This document shows positions 60,801-64,000 of a stretch of 64,000 nucleotides of DNA, one piece after another. A program made the position numbers and the translations under genes. Under the pieces are notes generated by a model. It was not told the origin of the DNA. It saw nothing but the letters and a program-made list of their open reading frames with translations, and did no database searches. Source of the stretch: a virus (Duplodnaviria; Caudoviricetes). Position 1 is the stretch's first letter. Each line of letters starts with the position of its first letter. The stretch is from IMG/VR virus record IMGVR_UViG_2706795801_000001, positions 32,001 through 96,000 of that record; one strand, written 5' to 3'.

Positions 60801-62273
60801 TTATATTCAAACAAAAAATATTATCATAGACGATGTGCTAGGATGGTAGGTTTGACACATCTAAAAGACACATATGAAGAAGGTTATGTAATAAATCATA
60901 AAGATTTTGACAGAACCAACGACCAAATATCAAATCTTGAATGGATAACATCCCTAGAAAATAACTTGCATTCCATAGAAGGACAACCCCACCTACACAC
61001 AAGGGGATCTAAATATGACGAAGATTTTATAAGAGGTGTTTGCCAGATGATCCAAGATAATAAAAACAATAAGTATATCATGGAACAAACCAAGGTAACA
61101 AAAGATACACTATTACACTTACGTTGTGGTGCCACTTGGACTTGGATATCTAAAGATTATATATTGACTCCTTCAAAAAGAGAATGGTGAGTAACCTCCA
61201 GAGACTAACCCTAACGGGTGTAGGCACGAGTGTGTCGAAATGGTAATCACATTTATGTGAAGATATAGTCCGATACCCAATGAAAATTGGGATATAACTC
61301 TTAACGTAAGTTATTGAAAACATTAAAGGAAGTTTTGCCCAACGCCATACAAATTATGGCAAAATCCGCCCAAGACGCAGGTCTAACATTAGATGGTACT
61401 GTAAAATCTATGATGGACTTACAGCAAAAAGGTGGTTTAATATCTGAAAAGGTATTACCTCATTTTGCTAAAAATATGTCAGAGGCTGCTCGTGCTAACG
61501 GTGGTTTAGATAAGGCTTTATTATCTAACCGTGTTGCAATGAACAGGTTCATGTTCTCTATACAAGAAGCTGCTGATATTGTATTCAAGTCTGGATTCGC
61601 TTCTGGGCTGACAGAGTTGTTCAATACAATGGCTGAATCTATTGTAGACTTAAAACCCTTATGGGAATCTTTAGGCACAATAATGGGTTCATTGTTTAGG
61701 TTAATTGCAGACGGTGTTAAATATATTACTCCACCACTTATTTCTATGGGTAATGTACTAAAATCTATTACCTCAGCTTTAGGTGACAACTACTCTTGGT
61801 TACTATTGACCTCATCTGGTGCAATGGTACTATATAGAACCATAGATAAATTAGGTGGTCTTAAGTTCTTTGCAATGAGAACACTGCCAATGGTTGGTTT
61901 ATTAGTCATGGCGTTAGACGCAATCAAGCAAGTAGCTTTTTGGGCAGAAGAGTTAGACAATTTATTATTTTCTAGAAATAAGATAGGTGTATTATATGAT
62001 CCTAGGACTGGTGTGAATACAGACTCAGTTATAGATGAATTAATACCACTATTGACCTCTATCAGTTCAATAAAAAATCAAGTCAACGCTGTGTCTTCTG
62101 GTAATATGATGGGTGGTGCTAAAGGTTTAGAGGCATTATTTAATGCAAATAATAAACCTGTTACGGTGAAAGGTAACGTATATATTGGAGAGGAAAAGGT
62201 TGGTGACATAATGGCTAACAACTCTGCAATTAAAGATACTATCCAAGCTGAAATAAAGAAAATACAAAACTAA
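57890..62273 (+). CDS. Tape measure protein, spliced from 5 exons (57890-59755, 59949-59968, 60236-60260, 60517-60540, 61329-62273; ~959 aa)
   Basis: Ligation restores ...EESTRA|TNALQQM|MSKGVVSA|EELKLQMG|EVLPNAIQIMA..., the conserved tape-measure motif. Confidence 0.9.
59756..59948 (+). mobile_element. Group I intron TMP-I1 (193 nt, no ORF, no P9)
   Basis: P1 GAGCT/GGCTC, P10 GTTTGT/ACAAAC, AATTGCTGGGA, AATCAGCAGG, GAGACTA/TAGTCC, then ACAG. Confidence 0.85.
59969..60235 (+). mobile_element. Group I intron TMP-I2 (267 nt, no ORF)
   Basis: P1 CAAAT/GTTTG, P10 TCATT/GATGA, AATTCGGTGG, AATACCGAGC, AAGACTA/TAGTCT, omega-G. Confidence 0.88.
60261..60516 (+). mobile_element. Group I intron TMP-I3 (256 nt, no ORF, apparent omega-A)
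   Basis: P1 GGCT/GGCC, P10 TCCTT/GAGGA, AATTGCTGGAA, AATCAGCAGG, ACGACCA/TGGTCT. Confidence 0.82.
60541..61328 (+). mobile_element. Group I intron TMP-I4 (788 nt) with HNH ORF in P6
   Basis: P1 TGGGT/GCCCA, P10 AACTTT/GAAGTT, AATTGCGAGAA, AATTCGCAGG, GAGACTA/TAGTCC, omega-G 61328. Confidence 0.9.
60684..61190 (+). CDS. Intron-encoded HNH homing endonuclease
   Basis: YFIDESGNV, DGYRVVNL, VINHKDFDRTNDQISNLEWITSLEN. Confidence 0.9.
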   Translation: MKAIEEFPNYFIDESGNVFNSRGVPIKSQLNIDGYRVVNLYSNKKYYHRRCARMVGLTHLKDTYEEGYVINHKDFDRTNDQISNLEWITSLENNLHSIEGQPHLHTRGSKYDEDFIRGVCQMIQDNKNNKYIMEQTKVTKDTLLHLRCGATWTWISKDYILTPSKREW

Positions 62274-62284
62274 GGTATTATACT

Positions 62285-62845
62285 ATGGCTAATGAAAAAG
62301 ATTTAGTATTTCTGATATCAGAGGATGATACCTTATTAATACTGGATGTAACAAGAGAAACTACGTACCAGAGGTCTGGTGCAGCATCTTCTAATACCCT
62401 ACAAGATGGAGTGACGGTGAGTGATCACTATCACCCAGACCTTCCTACAGTAACTATATCTGGTAGCATACACACCATAAAGATTAGGGGTGGTACGCCA
62501 TCCCCAGTTGTATATGTTACCCAGATTAACAAGTTGATGGATTCACAGAAACCATTTACATTGTATGGGACTATTGACTCAACAATACCTAGTTTAGATA
62601 ATTGTGTGATATTAGATTTCTCATATGTAAAAACTGGGAAGGATTCCTTGGATGTGAATCTAGTGTTGAAGCAGATAGACTTTGGTATGAGAGCTACACT
62701 GGATTCACTCACACCCGTTAATGTGCCGTCTAAAGCTACAGGTTCTACCCTAGCGGAAAACACGGATAAGAAGACTGGAACCAAAACGTTAATTGATGGT
62801 ATTGAAGTTACTCAATTACTTAAATCTAGAACTACAACACCATAG
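62285..62845 (+). CDS. Baseplate / tail-tube initiator (Dit-like) protein
   Basis: LQDGVTVSDH...PTVTISG motif after TMP. Confidence 0.75.
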   Translation: MANEKDLVFLISEDDTLLILDVTRETTYQRSGAASSNTLQDGVTVSDHYHPDLPTVTISGSIHTIKIRGGTPSPVVYVTQINKLMDSQKPFTLYGTIDSTIPSLDNCVILDFSYVKTGKDSLDVNLVLKQIDFGMRATLDSLTPVNVPSKATGSTLAENTDKKTGTKTLIDGIEVTQLLKSRTTTP

Positions 62846-62857
62846 GAGTACATTAAA

Positions 62858-63223
62858 GTGGCAGAGGAGTTAAATATAGAAGGTGATCCTCTGGTAGTTG
62901 AAATCAAAGACTACCAGATTGAGGGTTTCAATTATAGATTACATAGTTGGTACAGTAACAGGTTAGGTTGGAATGTCTCTATATACGATACAGATAATGT
63001 AGCGATATTAACAGGGATAAACCTTATTAGTGAGTTTTCTAACCTCACATGGAAGTATAGTAGGAAAACTCACGATTTGTTTGAAGGGGATTTATTCCTG
63101 ATAAACAAACAGGATAACTATGACACACCATTAACCAGTGACAATTTTGGACAAGATAATGAGTGGGGTTTGTTTTACCTCACTAACAGTGACCAAGTTG
63201 ATTTAGGTATCAATAAACGTTAA
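62858..63223 (+). CDS. Baseplate protein
   Basis: WYSNRLGWNVSI...GINL...DNFG...LFY; position. Confidence 0.7.
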   Translation: MAEELNIEGDPLVVEIKDYQIEGFNYRLHSWYSNRLGWNVSIYDTDNVAILTGINLISEFSNLTWKYSRKTHDLFEGDLFLINKQDNYDTPLTSDNFGQDNEWGLFYLTNSDQVDLGINKR

Positions 63224-63233
63224 TACAAGGACA

Positions 63234-63265
63234 ACCCCATACAACCTCTGTATGGGGTTTTCTTA
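63234..63265 (+). terminator. Intrinsic terminator
   Basis: AACCCCATACA...TGTATGGGGTT + T-tract. Confidence 0.8.
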
Positions 63266-63331
63266 TTGATTGGATATAACATTTGTGATATAGTTAGTTA
63301 TGGTTCCAAAGTATCAAGGTGGTTAAAATTC

Positions 63332-64000
63332 ATGGCAATAGAAGCCTTTGGTAGGCAGATGAAAATCATCATCGGTGCGCCACAAAGAAACATAGAGGCA
63401 TACGTAATAGATGGTGTAGTTCCTTATGCTACTACTAAAGTGGATGCCACTACAATACCCGCAGGTGCAACAATCAACTTCTCTAATATTGATCCTCAAC
63501 CTAGACGTGGTTTTCATTTTAAGATAGAATCTACTAGGGGTGGTGTTGAAGGTGGGAGTGCTAATGAGACAACCACAATAGAGTTAGCCAACCTTAACCA
63601 AGATACATTAAACATACTCCATACTGAAAATAGTCAGATACAGGTATGGTTAGGTTATGAGTCAGATAAATCATTAGACTTGTACTACTCAGGTGACATA
63701 TATGATATACAACCTAAGCGTTCTGGTCAAGATATAATTTATTTAATCACAGCTAAAGATGGTTTTGTTGATAACAAGAATACAAGAGTCAGCCTACATT
63801 ACGATGAAGGGACGCCTGTTAGTGAGGTGTTGGCAGATTTAGTAACTAAGTTCCCATCTGGTTCGATTGGTACGTTAGCATTGGATAGGCTCACGACAAA
63901 GGTGGTTGAGGGAGGGTTAAGCTTCCAAGGTAACCTAGGTAAGAGTTTAGATGTATTGTGTAAATCACACGGCATTAACTATTTCAGGTTCAATGGTAAA
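63332..64000 (+). CDS. Baseplate hub-like protein, truncated by window end
   Basis: Manual open frame MAIEAFGRQMKIIIG...IELANLN...LGYE...YSGDI...AKDG. Confidence 0.75.
   Translation, partial: MAIEAFGRQMKIIIGAPQRNIEAYVIDGVVPYATTKVDATTIPAGATINFSNIDPQPRRGFHFKIESTRGGVEGGSANETTTIELANLNQDTLNILHTENSQIQVWLGYESDKSLDLYYSGDIYDIQPKRSGQDIIYLITAKDGFVDNKNTRVSLHYDEGTPVSEVLADLVTKFPSGSIGTLALDRLTTKVVEGGLSFQGNLGKSLDVLCKSHGINYFRFNGK

Noticed and set aside
57890-62273. Two separate tape-measure genes (628 aa and 319 aa)
   Set aside because: Four introns and micro-exons join them into one frame
3128-62784. Many antisense ORFs overlapping long genes (e.g. 3128..3577, 22985..23383, 58252..58746, 62431..62784)
   Set aside because: Fully nested opposite well-supported genes; typical codon-bias shadows
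1-64000. CRISPR array, reverse transcriptase/DGR/retron, integrase, or stop-codon reassignment
   Set aside because: No regularly spaced repeat-spacer array and no RT or recombinase motifs seen; genes are intact in the standard code

Overview
AT-rich 64-kb segment of a lytic, contractile-tailed (myovirus) bacteriophage. Its head and tail gene order resembles ICP1-type phages of marine Gammaproteobacteria (inferred, not database-checked). It carries early/middle genes (SF1B helicase, Toprim primase, Thg1, CCA-adding enzyme, Pth2, HAD phosphatase, a family-A polymerase-like protein, homing endonucleases) and a ~2.3-kb non-coding RNA operon (tRNA-Gly, tRNA-Arg, an aberrant tRNA-like RNA, a large ornate RNA). 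It also has an anti-Shine-Dalgarno sRNA candidate, terL split by an HNH-carrying group I intron, portal/protease/scaffold/capsid genes, a ~9.6-kb fibre/appendage module, two tailspike cassettes with shared flanks, and the neck-sheath-tube-chaperone-tape measure-baseplate genes. The most striking feature is the tape-measure gene. It is interrupted by four consecutive group I introns separated by 20-, 25- and 24-nt micro-exons. One intron has no P9 domain, one appears to end in omega-A, and only one encodes an endonuclease. All protein and RNA assignments come from motif recognition by eye.
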